Positions 10,097 through 19,635 are shown, counted from the first letter of the stretch. The stretch: 64,000 nt of DNA from Alphaproteobacteria bacterium (GCA_965237415.1 CBDEFM010000002.1:1792001-1856000); one strand, 5' to 3'. The notes: generated from the sequence alone by a model not told the origin. Translations and numbers: made by a program.

Positions 10097-10441
10097 GGAG
10101 GCCTCCTCCCTCAGGTGGTTCGACACCACCACCTTGGCACGATTCGCTGCCGTCGGGAGGGGGCGTCCACTCCCTCGAGTCTGGCAAGGCAAGCCGGCTA
10201 TCCACAGCGGGCAGGCGTCGCGATTCCGGTGGCGGCGGGCGAACTGGCGGCAGCCCCTCGGACCTGAACAGCAAGATCGGTAGGGCTACACTCGGGCCGC
10301 TGAGAACGATGCGGCGCCGGCCACGTCTGCTTGGTGGCAAGAGCCGGCGCCGCACCCCCCGAGCCATGCTCGGCACGGCCCAGATGCACAGTATCGTGCG
10401 GGTTTTGGCGGGGGTCGAGCCCGTTCTCATCGACCGCCGCG

Positions 10442-10888
10442 ATGAGGAACTTCGGCCGCCTGTTCAACTGCGCCCACTGCGATCGGCAGGTGGTTCTCTG
10501 CCCGCGCTGCGACCACGGCAACATGTACTGCTCAGCGGACTGCCGCGAGACGGCGCGCAGGCAGGCGCAGCGTCTTTGCGGGCAGCGCTATCAGGACAGC
10601 CTCCAGGGTCGTCGCAAGCACGCGCAGCGGCAGCAGCGCTATCGCGATCGGCACCGGCGTCGGGTGCCGGAGAATGAGGTCTGCGCGCAGAAAGTGACGC
10701 ATCACCCTTTGACCCGCGGGCACCGTCGTCCTGTTGTGCCACAGACGCCGATGACGCGTCGCGGGACACAACCCTTTGGGCACGGGCGGCCTGCCAGGGT
10801 CTTCCGCTGCCATCGCTGCGGCCGGTTCTGCGCGCAGTTTGTCCATCCGGGCCTGCGCCCGGTCCGGCATCCGGCACGAGAAGGGTGA
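10442..10888 (+). CDS. IS21 passenger ORF, Cys-rich putative Zn-binding, Arg-rich protein
   Basis: CAHC, CPRC, YCSADC and terminal CHRCGRFC; stop 1 nt before the istA start. Confidence 0.65.
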   Translation: MRNFGRLFNCAHCDRQVVLCPRCDHGNMYCSADCRETARRQAQRLCGQRYQDSLQGRRKHAQRQQRYRDRHRRRVPENEVCAQKVTHHPLTRGHRRPVVPQTPMTRRGTQPFGHGRPARVFRCHRCGRFCAQFVHPGLRPVRHPAREG

Positions 10889-10889
10889 G

Positions 10890-12395
10890 ATGACCATCGA
10901 CAAGAAGACGCGCGCGGAGATCCTGCGCCTCCATTACGCCGAGAAGTGGAAGATCGGCACGATCGCAAACCAACTCGGCGTCCATCACATCACGGTCCGC
11001 CGCGTTCTGGCCGACGACGGGGTGCCTCGGCATATGAGGCGGCACCGGCGCTCGAAGCTCGATCCCTTCATGCCCTTCATCCGCCAGACACTGGCTCACT
11101 ATCCGAAGCTGACCGCCAGCCGGCTCTACGAGATGGCGTGCGAGCGCGGCTACCAGGGGAGCCAGAGCCACTTCCGCAACATGATCGCCCCCGAGCGGCC
11201 GAAGCCTGTGGCCGAGGCCTATCTGCGTCTCAAGACCCTTCCCGGCGAGCAGGCCCAGGTCGATTGGGGACACTTCGGCAAAGTGAAGCTCGGTCGCGCG
11301 GAGCGCCCGCTGATGGGCTTCGTGATGGTTCTGAGCTTCTCGCGACGCATCTTCCTGCGCTTCTACCTCAACGCCGCGATGAGCAACTTCCTGCGTGGCC
11401 ATATCGACGCCTTCGAGGCGTGGCAGGGCGTGCCCCGCGAGCTCTGGTACGACAACCTGAAGAGCGTCGTGCTGGAGCGCCGCGGCGACGCCATCCGCTT
11501 CAATCCCCAGTTCCTCGACTTCGCCGGCCACTACCGTTTCCTGGCACAGCCCGTCGCGATCGCGCGCGGCAATGAGAAGGGGCGCGTGGAACGGGCGATA
11601 CGCTACGCTCGCGACAGCTTCTTCGCCGCTCGCTCATGGCGCGATATCGACGACCTCAACGCCCAGGCCCAGGCCTGGTGCGATGGCATCGCCGCCGAGC
11701 GGCCCTGGCCCGAAGACCACTCCATCAGCGTGCGCGAGGCCTTCGAGCGGGAACGCAGCTCTCTCATTGCGCTGCCCGGCGATCGCTTCCCCGCCGACGA
11801 ACGGGTCGAGGCCTCCATCGGCAAGACCCCTTACGTCAGATTCGACCTCAACGACTACAGCGTGCCGCACACCCATGTGAGCCGCACTCTCGTCGTCCTC
11901 GCGACCCTCGACGAGGTGCGCATCCTCGACGGCGCGGACGTCATCGCCACCCATCCACGCAGCTTCGACAAGGCAGAGCGTGTCGAAAACCCCGACCACA
12001 TCGCCGGCCTGGTCAGGCACAAGCGTCATGCCCGGCGCCTTCGCGGGCAGGATCGGCTGGTCCAGGCCGCGCCCAACAGCGAGCGCCTGCTCACCGACGC
12101 CGCCAAGCGCGGCAGCAATCTCGGCACCATCGTCGCCGCCCTACTGCGCCTCCTCGACGGGTACGGCGCCGCCGAGCTCGAGGCGGGCATCGACGAGGCC
12201 CTGAAGCGCGGCGTCCCCCATCCGAACGCCGTGCGCCTGAGCCTGGCCCGGCGGCGCGAACTGCGAGACGAGCCCCCGCCCATCCCCGTCGACCTGCCCA
12301 AGCATCCACGCCTGCGCGATATCGCGGTGCGCGACCACGATCTCGGCGGATACGACGGACTGGCCGGTGGGCCCGAAGAGGACAGCGAAGAATGA
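10890..12395 (+). CDS. istA: IS21 transposase
   Basis: N-terminal [32 protein letters not shown]. Confidence 0.95.
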   Translation: MTIDKKTRAEILRLHYAEKWKIGTIANQLGVHHITVRRVLADDGVPRHMRRHRRSKLDPFMPFIRQTLAHYPKLTASRLYEMACERGYQGSQSHFRNMIAPERPKPVAEAYLRLKTLPGEQAQVDWGHFGKVKLGRAERPLMGFVMVLSFSRRIFLRFYLNAAMSNFLRGHIDAFEAWQGVPRELWYDNLKSVVLERRGDAIRFNPQFLDFAGHYRFLAQPVAIARGNEKGRVERAIRYARDSFFAARSWRDIDDLNAQAQAWCDGIAAERPWPEDHSISVREAFERERSSLIALPGDRFPADERVEASIGKTPYVRFDLNDYSVPHTHVSRTLVVLATLDEVRILDGADVIATHPRSFDKAERVENPDHIAGLVRHKRHARRLRGQDRLVQAAPNSERLLTDAAKRGSNLGTIVAALLRLLDGYGAAELEAGIDEALKRGVPHPNAVRLSLARRRELRDEPPPIPVDLPKHPRLRDIAVRDHDLGGYDGLAGGPEEDSEE

Positions 12396-13201
12396 CCGAC
12401 ACCCTCAAGGACCGTGCCCGCGCGCTGCGCCTGTACGGCCTCATCGCCCACTGGGACGACATCGGCGAGTGCAGCTGGCTGCCCACCCTCATCGCCTGGG
12501 AAGAGGAAGAACGGCGAAGCCGCAGCCTCAAGCGGCGCCTCAGCGAGGCCCGCATTGGACACTTCAAGCCCCTCGTCGACTTCGATTGGGACTGGCCCCG
12601 CCGCTGCGACCCAATGGTCATCGAGGACCTCATGAGCCTCGAGTTCCTGCGCGAGGCCGCCAACGTCGTCCTCGTCGGCCCAAACGGGGTGGGCAAGTCC
12701 ACCATCGCCGCCAACCTCGCCCACCGCGCCATCATCGAGGGGCACACCGTGCGCTTCACAACTGCAGGAAACATGCTCGGTGAGCTCGCCGCCCTCGATA
12801 GCGACAGCCTGCTCCAGCGCAAGCTCCGATTCTACGCCCGCCAACAGCTGCTGGTGATCGACGAGGTCGGCTACCTCTCCTATAGCAATCGCCATGCCGA
12901 TCTGCTGTTCAATATCGTCTCCAGCCGCAGCCAGCAGCGCTCCACCATAATCACCACAAACCGGCCCTTCGCCGAGTGGAGCGAAGCCTTCCCCAACGCC
13001 GCCTGCGTCGTCGCCCTCGTCGACCGCCTCATCCACAACGCCGAGATCATCGCCATCGACGGCGATTCCTATCGCCGAAAGGAGGCCGAGGAACGCCAGA
13101 AGAAGCGCAGCGCAGAGCGCCGCCGCCGCCGGGGCGCAGCAGGCCGTCGGCGAGCCGGAAAGGCCGACGCCCTGGACCGCGAGCCGCCGTCGGCGGCGTA
13201 G
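12392..13201 (+). CDS. istB: IS21 helper ATPase
   Basis: Walker A GPNGVGKS, LLVIDEVGYL, TTNRPFAEW, DRLIH, GDSYR; ATGA overlap with istA. Confidence 0.95.
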   Translation: MTDTLKDRARALRLYGLIAHWDDIGECSWLPTLIAWEEEERRSRSLKRRLSEARIGHFKPLVDFDWDWPRRCDPMVIEDLMSLEFLREAANVVLVGPNGVGKSTIAANLAHRAIIEGHTVRFTTAGNMLGELAALDSDSLLQRKLRFYARQQLLVIDEVGYLSYSNRHADLLFNIVSSRSQQRSTIITTNRPFAEWSEAFPNAACVVALVDRLIHNAEIIAIDGDSYRRKEAEERQKKRSAERRRRRGAAGRRRAGKADALDREPPSAA

Positions 13202-13744
13202 TCATAGATCGTCTCTCGCCATGGTACGGGCGGGTGCAGGCCGAGACCCTGAGAGCCTATCCCCTCGAAGGCGTCGCGCGATCCCTCGGCTACCGCCGCG
13301 ACCCCGATGTCGATGACGCACCCTGGAGGCACCTCGGATTGATCGTCAGCATCAACCGCCGACCACGTCCAACTCCAGAAATGCAGCAAATACGCGCATT
13401 CCTAAGCCGTCGCTAACACGCGCAGCGTCGTGCGCGCGGGATCAAAGGCGAACGGTCGCCGCCCCGCGCACGGACGCGCGCCACGATCTCGTCCATGGTG
13501 GAGCCGTCCTCGATGGCTGCGGTCACGGCGTCCTGGATTGCGGCCGGCAGCGGCTCGTCCGATGAGCAGTCCCCGCCCATCGCACCTGCCGTGCCCGGCG
13601 TGCTCTCGCACTGCATGACGCGATCCTGGCGCGCGCGCCGAGCACCGTGCACCGCACCATGGTCCGTCGCCCGCGCCCGCAGGGTCGCGGGCGCGGTATC
13701 AGGGTCCCGTGCGACGCCGACCATGACCGCGAGAAAATTCCGGG

Positions 13745-14800
13745 CTAGAGGCGGAGGCGTTCTCGCGTGAGATGGATGAGGCGGGCGAGGCCGTGCGGCT
13801 CGACGATCAGGATCACGATGATGAAGCCGCCGAAGATAATGACCTCGAGATGCTTGGCGAGGTCGACGGGAAAGTCGATGCCGAGCATCGTGTTCAGGTT
13901 GGTGAGGAAGATCGGCACGACGGTGATGAAGGCCGCGCCGATGATGGAGCCCGCGATCGAGCCGAGGCCGCCGACGATGACCATGAAGAGCACGAGGAAG
14001 GAGAGGTTGACGTCGAAGGCGAGCGTCTCGGCGCTGCCCAGATAGAGGAAGACGAAGAGCGAGCCCGCGACGCCGCAGAGATAGGAGCTCACGGCGAAGG
14101 CGAGAAGCTTGGTGCGGAGCAGCGGGATACCCACGATCTCGGCGGCCACGTCCATGTCGCGCACCGCCATCCAGGCGCGGCCGAAGCGGCTGCGCATCAG
14201 GTTGCGGGCGAAGAAGACGAAGACCGCGACGAAGACCAGCGCCACCAGATAGCGCACCTCGGCGGCCGCCTCCGGCCCGGTGATCATGACGCCCGCGAAT
14301 TTGCGCGGCGGTGCCGTGATCGTGCCGGACGGGTTGTCGTTGTAGAACCAGGGCACCCGGTTGAAGAGCCAGATCAGGAAGAACTGCGCCGCGAGCGTCG
14401 CCACCGCCAGATAGAAGCCCTTGATGCGCAGGCTCGGCAGGCCGAACAGGATGCCGACGCCGGCGGCGAAGAAGCCCGAGATGAAGAAGATGGCGATGAT
14501 GTCGACCCCGGGCCACGCGGTCGTCATCTTGTAGGTGGCGTAGGCGCCGACCGCCATGAAGCCGCCGGTGCCGAGCGAGAGCTGGCCTGCGAAGCCGGTG
14601 AGCAGATTGAGCCCGAGCGCCGCGAGCGCGAATATCAGGAAGGGGATCAGGATCGCCTGCAGCCAGTACTCGTTCGCGAGCGTCGGCACCGCGAAGAGGG
14701 CGAGCAGCGTGATCACGGTCACGAAGACGGTATCGATCGAGCGCGAGCGGGTCGCGAAGAGGGCGTTGCAGAGGTCGGTGAAATAGGCGCGCACGGTCAC
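13745..14800 (-). CDS. Branched-chain amino acid-type ABC permease (LivM-like)
   Basis: LNLLTGFAGQLSLG, LRIKGFYLAVATLA, GRAWMAVRD; GTG start overlaps the upstream stop. Confidence 0.88.
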   Translation of the reverse strand: MTVRAYFTDLCNALFATRSRSIDTVFVTVITLLALFAVPTLANEYWLQAILIPFLIFALAALGLNLLTGFAGQLSLGTGGFMAVGAYATYKMTTAWPGVDIIAIFFISGFFAAGVGILFGLPSLRIKGFYLAVATLAAQFFLIWLFNRVPWFYNDNPSGTITAPPRKFAGVMITGPEAAAEVRYLVALVFVAVFVFFARNLMRSRFGRAWMAVRDMDVAAEIVGIPLLRTKLLAFAVSSYLCGVAGSLFVFLYLGSAETLAFDVNLSFLVLFMVIVGGLGSIAGSIIGAAFITVVPIFLTNLNTMLGIDFPVDLAKHLEVIIFGGFIIVILIVEPHGLARLIHLTRERLRL

Positions 14801-15735
14801 ACCCGCTCGATGATCTTTTCGCCGAACAGGCCCTGGGGCCGGAACATGAGAACCAGCATCGCCAGCATGTAGGCGAACCAGTTCTCGATCGCGCCGCCGA
14901 TCACCGGGCCCCAATAGACCTCGGCGACCTTCTCTCCGAGGCCGATGATGAGCCCGCCGACGATGGCGCCGGGAACGGAGGTCAGCCCGCCCAGGATGAG
15001 CACGGGCAGCGCCTTCAGCGCGATCAGCGACAGGCTGAACTGCACGCCGCTCTTCGCCCCCCACATGATGCCGGCGACCATGCCGACGATCCCGGCCACC
15101 GACCAGACGATGATCCAGATGGTCCTGAGCGAGATCCCGAGGGAGAGCGCCGCCTGCGGATCGTCGGCCACCGCCCTGAGCGCCCGCCCCATGGGCGTGT
15201 GCTGGAAGATCAGCGCCAACACTGCCACCAGCACTGCCGCCACCAGGGCGGCGATGAGGTCGAATTCGTTGAGCAGCATGCCGCCCACATCGACAGGAGA
15301 GGACGGGATGCCGAGGTCGAGCGCCTTGACATTCGAGCCCCAGGCCCATTCGCCGACGCCTTCGAGCAGGAAGCTCAGCCCGATGGTCGCCATGAAGAGC
15401 GTGATCGGCGGCTGATTGATCAACGGGCGCAGCATCCCGCGCTCGATCGCGAAGGCGAGCCCGATCATGACGATTGCCGTCACCGGCAACGCGGCCCAGA
15501 CCGGCAGGCCGTGCTCCATCACCCCGACCAGGGTCAGCGCGGCGAACAGAACCATCGCACCCTGGGCGAAGTTGAATACCTGAGAAGCCTTGAAAATGAG
15601 CACGAAGCCGAGTGCCACCAGCGAGTACATTACGCCGGTGAGCAAGCCGGAAATCGCGACCTCGCCGAGGAACACCGGGAACTCGATCATGTCGAGGAAG
15701 GGCGCGACGAAGAAGTCCCAAAGGAACTCCATCAC
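14797..15735 (-). CDS. Branched-chain amino acid-type ABC permease (LivH-like)
   Basis: YSLVALGFVLIFKASQVFNFAQG, GRALRAVADD, RPQGLFG. Confidence 0.9.
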   Translation of the reverse strand: MMEFLWDFFVAPFLDMIEFPVFLGEVAISGLLTGVMYSLVALGFVLIFKASQVFNFAQGAMVLFAALTLVGVMEHGLPVWAALPVTAIVMIGLAFAIERGMLRPLINQPPITLFMATIGLSFLLEGVGEWAWGSNVKALDLGIPSSPVDVGGMLLNEFDLIAALVAAVLVAVLALIFQHTPMGRALRAVADDPQAALSLGISLRTIWIIVWSVAGIVGMVAGIMWGAKSGVQFSLSLIALKALPVLILGGLTSVPGAIVGGLIIGLGEKVAEVYWGPVIGGAIENWFAYMLAMLVLMFRPQGLFGEKIIERV

Positions 15736-16547
15736 GCGTCATCCTCGGTTGCGACGCCCAGATAGGCGTCGATCACCGCCTGATCGTTACGCACTTCCTC
15801 CGGCGTCCCGTCCGCGATCTTGCGGCCGTAGTCGAGCACGATGATGTGATCGGAGAGCTCCATGACCACGCTCATGTCGTGCTCGATCAGAGCCATGGTC
15901 GTGCCGAACCGGGCCTTGGTCTCGAGGATGAAGCGGCTCATCTCGGCTTTCTCGCCCCTGTTCATCCCGGCCATGGGCTCGTCGAGCAGGAGCAGGTCGG
16001 GCTCGGCCGCGAGCGCACGGGCGAGCTCCACGCGCTTCTGCAGGCCGTAAGGGAGGCGGCCCACCGGCGTGTTGCGGATGTGCTCGATCTCGAGGAAGCT
16101 GATGACCTCATCGGCAGCGGCGCGGTGGCGTGATTCCTCCGCCCGCGAGGGCCCCGCCGGCAGCAGGCAGAAGACGAAATTGCTGCGCATCTTGAGGTTG
16201 CGGCCGGCCATGACATTGTCGAGCGTGCTCATGCCCCTGAACAGCGCGACGTTCTGAAAGGTGCGGGCCATGCCCTCCAGGGCGGCAACGCGCGGGTGCA
16301 TCTTGCGGCGCACGCGCCCCTTGAAGGTGATCGTGCCCTCGCTCGGCTGGTAGGCGCCGTTGAGCACGTTGAGCATGGAGGTCTTGCCGGCGCCGTTGGG
16401 CCCGATGATGGCGCAGATCTCGCCGGCGTAGATGGTGAACTCGATGCCGGCCAGCGCCTGGACGCCGCCGAAGCGGAGCGCGATGTCCTGGACGCTCAAT
16501 AACGGCGTGCCGGGAGCGGGGCGGCCGTTTTCCGTCTCACCCGGCAT
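15732..16547 (-). CDS. ABC ATP-binding protein (LivG-like)
   Basis: GPNGAGKT, ARTFQN, LPYGLQKRVELARAL, LLLDEP. Confidence 0.9.
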   Translation of the reverse strand: MPGETENGRPAPGTPLLSVQDIALRFGGVQALAGIEFTIYAGEICAIIGPNGAGKTSMLNVLNGAYQPSEGTITFKGRVRRKMHPRVAALEGMARTFQNVALFRGMSTLDNVMAGRNLKMRSNFVFCLLPAGPSRAEESRHRAAADEVISFLEIEHIRNTPVGRLPYGLQKRVELARALAAEPDLLLLDEPMAGMNRGEKAEMSRFILETKARFGTTMALIEHDMSVVMELSDHIIVLDYGRKIADGTPEEVRNDQAVIDAYLGVATEDDA

Positions 16548-17373
16548 GGTCGCCTTCGCTCGCGTCTGCGGCCGTGGCTTGTGACAAGCCGAGATAGTGC
16601 TCTCTCACCGCCGGGTTGCCGCGGAGCTCCGCCGCCGTGCCCTCCAGGACGACCTGGCCGCTGTCCAGGATATAGCCGTAACCGGCCACGCCGAGGGCCA
16701 TGTTGGCGTTCTGCTCGGCAAGCAGGAACGTAACCCCCTCCTCCTTGTTGAGCTGGCGGACCTCCGCGAAGATCCGGGCGAGCACCTGCGGCGCCAGGCC
16801 CATGGACGGCTCGTCCAGGAGGACCATGGTCGGCCGCGACATCAGCGCCCGGCCGATGGCGAGCATCTGCTGCTCCCCGCCCGAGATGAAGCCCGCGAGG
16901 ATGCGCCGCCGCTCGGCGAGCAGGGGGAAGTGTGCGTAGACCCGCTCGAGGTCGGCGCGTACCGCAGCCTTGCCGTCCTTCCTGGTATAGGAACCGGTCA
17001 GCAGGTTTTCGTGAACCGTGAGGTGGGGGAAGCAGCGCCTCCCCTCCATGACCTGGATGATGCCGCGGCGCACGAGGTCGCCCGGCGCGAGCCGGTCGAT
17101 GCGCTCGCCCCGGAAGTGGATCTCGCCCCCGGTGATGTCGCCGCGTTCGACGCGCAGCAGGTTGGAGATCGCCTTGAGCGTGGTGGTCTTGCCGGCGCCG
17201 TTGGGCCCCAGAAGGGCGACGATCGCGCCTTCGGGAACGGCGATGCTGACGCCGCGCAGGACCGAGATCACATGGTCGTAGACGACCTCGACCGAGTCGA
17301 GCCGCAGCAGAGCCTCGGGGGCGGCGGTCGTCTCGCCGCCGCCCCCGGCTGCATCCCCGGTTGGAACGCTCAC
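16537..17373 (-). CDS. ABC ATP-binding protein (LivF-like)
   Basis: GPNGAGKTT, SGGEQQMLAIGRAL, LDEPSMGLAP, EQNA; start inferred at GTG overlapping the SBP stop. Confidence 0.88.
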   Translation of the reverse strand: MSVPTGDAAGGGGETTAAPEALLRLDSVEVVYDHVISVLRGVSIAVPEGAIVALLGPNGAGKTTTLKAISNLLRVERGDITGGEIHFRGERIDRLAPGDLVRRGIIQVMEGRRCFPHLTVHENLLTGSYTRKDGKAAVRADLERVYAHFPLLAERRRILAGFISGGEQQMLAIGRALMSRPTMVLLDEPSMGLAPQVLARIFAEVRQLNKEEGVTFLLAEQNANMALGVAGYGYILDSGQVVLEGTAAELRGNPAVREHYLGLSQATAADASEGDHAG

Positions 17374-18734
17374 ATTTCCTGCGAGCAGTCGCGCGGAGTG
17401 ATGTTGTTCTCCGCCGCGTACTTGGCGGCGTCCGCCTCGATCATCGGCCGCACGACTTCGCGCATGGGCTCGATCCAGTCGCTGACGATGTTCCAGGCCG
17501 AGCCGTCCCACTGCTGGATGAGTACGGGGCCGTTGCCCTCATGGTCCTCGCAGGTGATCTTCACCGGCGGGGTGAAGCCGGCAAGCCCGATCTCCGCCAA
17601 CCGCTCTTCCGTCAGGTCGAGGTTCTCCAAACCCCAGCGCACCTCGGCCCCGGTCATCGGCCGGTCGCCGTACTTGCCCATGGCGGTGCGGATGGCCTCG
17701 ACCGTGTAGAGGGCGTTGAGGAGTCCGCGGTTGTAGAGGACCTCGCCGAAATTCCTCGCCGCCGCCGCCGCCGCATCGCCGCCGTAGATGATTTGCAGGA
17801 TATGGTCATGAAGCGGGAAGCCGGCGCCCGGCGAGTGGAACCCGCCGCCGCGATAGCCGATGGCGTCGTCGCCGGCCGGCACGACGTCGGATTCGCTCGC
17901 CGACCACCAGACACCGATCAGTCGTTCCATGGGATAGGCGATCGCCGCGGCCTCCTTGATCGCAACCTGGTTCATCACGCCCCAGCCCCACAGGAACGTC
18001 CAGTCGGGCTTGATCTTGCGGATCTGCAGCCAGGTCGCCCGCTGCTCCTGCCCCGGGTGGTCGACCGGGAGCAGCTCCAGGGTATAGCCGAACTTCTCAG
18101 CCAGCACCTGGAGGGTCGGGATCGGCTCCTTGCCGTAGGGGCTGTTGTGGTAGATGAGGGCGATCGTCTTGCCCGCCAGTTGGTCCATGCCCCCCTCCTC
18201 GGCGCCGACGAACTTGACGAAGGCCGAGGCCTGGCTCCAGTAGGTGGTGGGGAAGGTGAAGGTCCACGGGAAGACGCGCCCGTCGGATGCCGCGGTCTGC
18301 CCGTAACCCATGGAGTGCACCGGAATCTGGTCCACCGGCGCCCTCGGGTTGAGCTGGTAGGTCACGCCGGTGGAGAAGGGCATGATCAGCGACGCCCCTG
18401 TCGACCCTTTGTTCTTAAGGCGCTCGTAGCACTCGACACCGGCCTTGGTGTCGTAGCGGTACTCGCACTCCTCGAAGGTGACCTTGACGCCGTTGATGCC
18501 GCCGTCGCGTTCGTTGACCAGCGTGTAGTAGTCCACAAAGCCGTTTGCTGCCGGGATGCCGTTAGGCGCATACGGCCCAGTCCGGTAAACGAGCAAGGGA
18601 ATGAACTGCTCGTCGGCCGCCTGAACCTCACCGCCCGTGAGGGTCATCGTGGCCGCCACCGAAAGACCGCCGGCGACCACCGCCGCGGCCAGAGCACCGC
18701 TCACACTGCGGCGCAAGACGTTCCTGAATTCCAT
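17370..18734 (-). CDS. ABC substrate-binding protein (LivJ-like, HAAT family)
   Basis: Signal peptide; YRTGPYA, GGINGVK, SPYGKEPI; ATG at 18734 with GGAGG upstream. Confidence 0.88.
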   Translation of the reverse strand: MEFRNVLRRSVSGALAAAVVAGGLSVAATMTLTGGEVQAADEQFIPLLVYRTGPYAPNGIPAANGFVDYYTLVNERDGGINGVKVTFEECEYRYDTKAGVECYERLKNKGSTGASLIMPFSTGVTYQLNPRAPVDQIPVHSMGYGQTAASDGRVFPWTFTFPTTYWSQASAFVKFVGAEEGGMDQLAGKTIALIYHNSPYGKEPIPTLQVLAEKFGYTLELLPVDHPGQEQRATWLQIRKIKPDWTFLWGWGVMNQVAIKEAAAIAYPMERLIGVWWSASESDVVPAGDDAIGYRGGGFHSPGAGFPLHDHILQIIYGGDAAAAAARNFGEVLYNRGLLNALYTVEAIRTAMGKYGDRPMTGAEVRWGLENLDLTEERLAEIGLAGFTPPVKITCEDHEGNGPVLIQQWDGSAWNIVSDWIEPMREVVRPMIEADAAKYAAENNITPRDCSQEM

Positions 18735-19082
18735 GTCCTTACCTCCCGCGTCAGGACCAGGCGCGCCTGGAGGGCACGCCGCTCGTTCCGTATACAACCG
18801 TAGCACGGAGAAACGCCTGCTGCCACGCTGTCGGCCATGCCTCAGTCGACCTTATCGTCACTGTATGTAGCAAATAATTCGTCTGTACTCACGGCAAGGA
18901 CAGCGCCGCCGTTATCGAGGAAGGCGGCAACGGCCCCACTCCATGCAACGCCTCTCCTGCGCGTCTCGATTTTCGTCGACGTCGACGGTCATCGGTAGTC
19001 GGCCGCAGGGCAGCCGGCCACCCTCATGACCGAACGATGCATGGACCCTTCGGGCAACGAGGCATGGACCGCTCACGACAAC

Positions 19083-19110
19083 GGGGCGCGCGCCTTTCGG
19101 CCCGCGCCCC
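19083..19110. terminator. GC-rich hairpin downstream of ibpA
   Basis: GGGGCGCG...CGCGCCCC stem. Confidence 0.4.
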
Positions 19111-19156
19111 GCTCTCTTAAACTTGAGCCGCGAGGCGGTCTCGCGGCCTCGGCCCG

Positions 19157-19609
19157 TCAGGCCGCCTTCTGGTTGAGCCGCTTCTGATCGCCGGTTTCGA
19201 TGGCGATCTTGCGCGCCTTCAGCGCCTCGGGAAGCTCGCGCACCAGGTCGATGTGGAGCATCCCCTTGTCGAGCGCCGCGCCCGTGACCTGGATGTGATC
19301 GGCAAGGTTGAAGCGCCGCTCGAAGGTGCGGGCGGCGATCCCCCGATGGAGATAGCTCTCGTTCGCGCCGTTCTCCTTGGCGAGCTTGCCCGCCACGGTG
19401 AGCAGGTTCTCCTTCACCTCGATCGCGATCTCGTCCTCGCCGAAGCCGGCGACGGCGAGGGTCACGCGGTAGGCGTTCTCACCCATCTTCTGGATGTTGT
19501 AGGGCGGATAGGTAGGGGCCGTCTCGCTCGGCATCTGCTCGAGCATCCGGGCCATCCGGTCGAAACCGACTGTGGTGCTGAAGAGCGGGGAAAGATCGAA
19601 TGCACGCAT
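19157..19609 (-). CDS. ibpA: Small heat-shock protein Hsp20
   Basis: FDLSPLF, TVGFDR, YPPYNI, YLHRGIAARTFERRF. Confidence 0.92.
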   Translation of the reverse strand: MRAFDLSPLFSTTVGFDRMARMLEQMPSETAPTYPPYNIQKMGENAYRVTLAVAGFGEDEIAIEVKENLLTVAGKLAKENGANESYLHRGIAARTFERRFNLADHIQVTGAALDKGMLHIDLVRELPEALKARKIAIETGDQKRLNQKAA

Positions 19610-19614
19610 GGTGT

Positions 19615-19635
19615 GACTCCTTTCTCAAGCAAGTC
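19615..19635 (-). promoter_or_regulatory. ROSE-like RNA thermometer hairpin
   Basis: mRNA GAC-UUGCU-UGAGAA-AGGA-GUC: the U(U/C)GCU motif pairs with the SD sequence. Confidence 0.65.

Larger units (their letters stand above)
8799..10177 (-). mobile_element. IS110-family (IS1111 group) element
   Basis: Perfect 11-bp subterminal IR TGGACGCCCCC (8803-8813 / 10159-10169); CCCTCG at both junctions (8793-8798, 10172-10177); long non-coding region downstream of the recombinase. Confidence 0.9.
8660..13418 (+). mobile_element. IS21-family insertion sequence with a passenger ORF and a nested IS110
   Basis: TG...CA ends; imperfect terminal IR (27/39 by manual alignment); 7-bp TSD CGCGCAG at 8653-8659 and 13419-13425; istA and istB. 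Confidence 0.92.
8023..13616 (-). pseudogene. Phage Mu gp27/DUF3486-like gene split by IS21 (5' part 13616-13419, 3' part 8652-8023)
   Basis: Removing 8660-13418 plus one TSD copy rejoins an in-frame ORF of 275 aa: ...LPAAIQDAVTAAIEDGSTMDEIVARVRARGG...ETLRTLALVTMAELG...EDLARLALGLYRIE...; family call from recalled resemblance only. Confidence 0.6.

Noticed and set aside
7698-13747. Possible terminal inverted repeats TAGCCCGGA...CTCGC (7698-7714 / 13729-13747) around the gp27-like unit
   Set aside because: Only 9 exact bp plus a gapped extension; the left copy is explained by a local hairpin (7699-7720), and the motif is absent at the 45 kb locus
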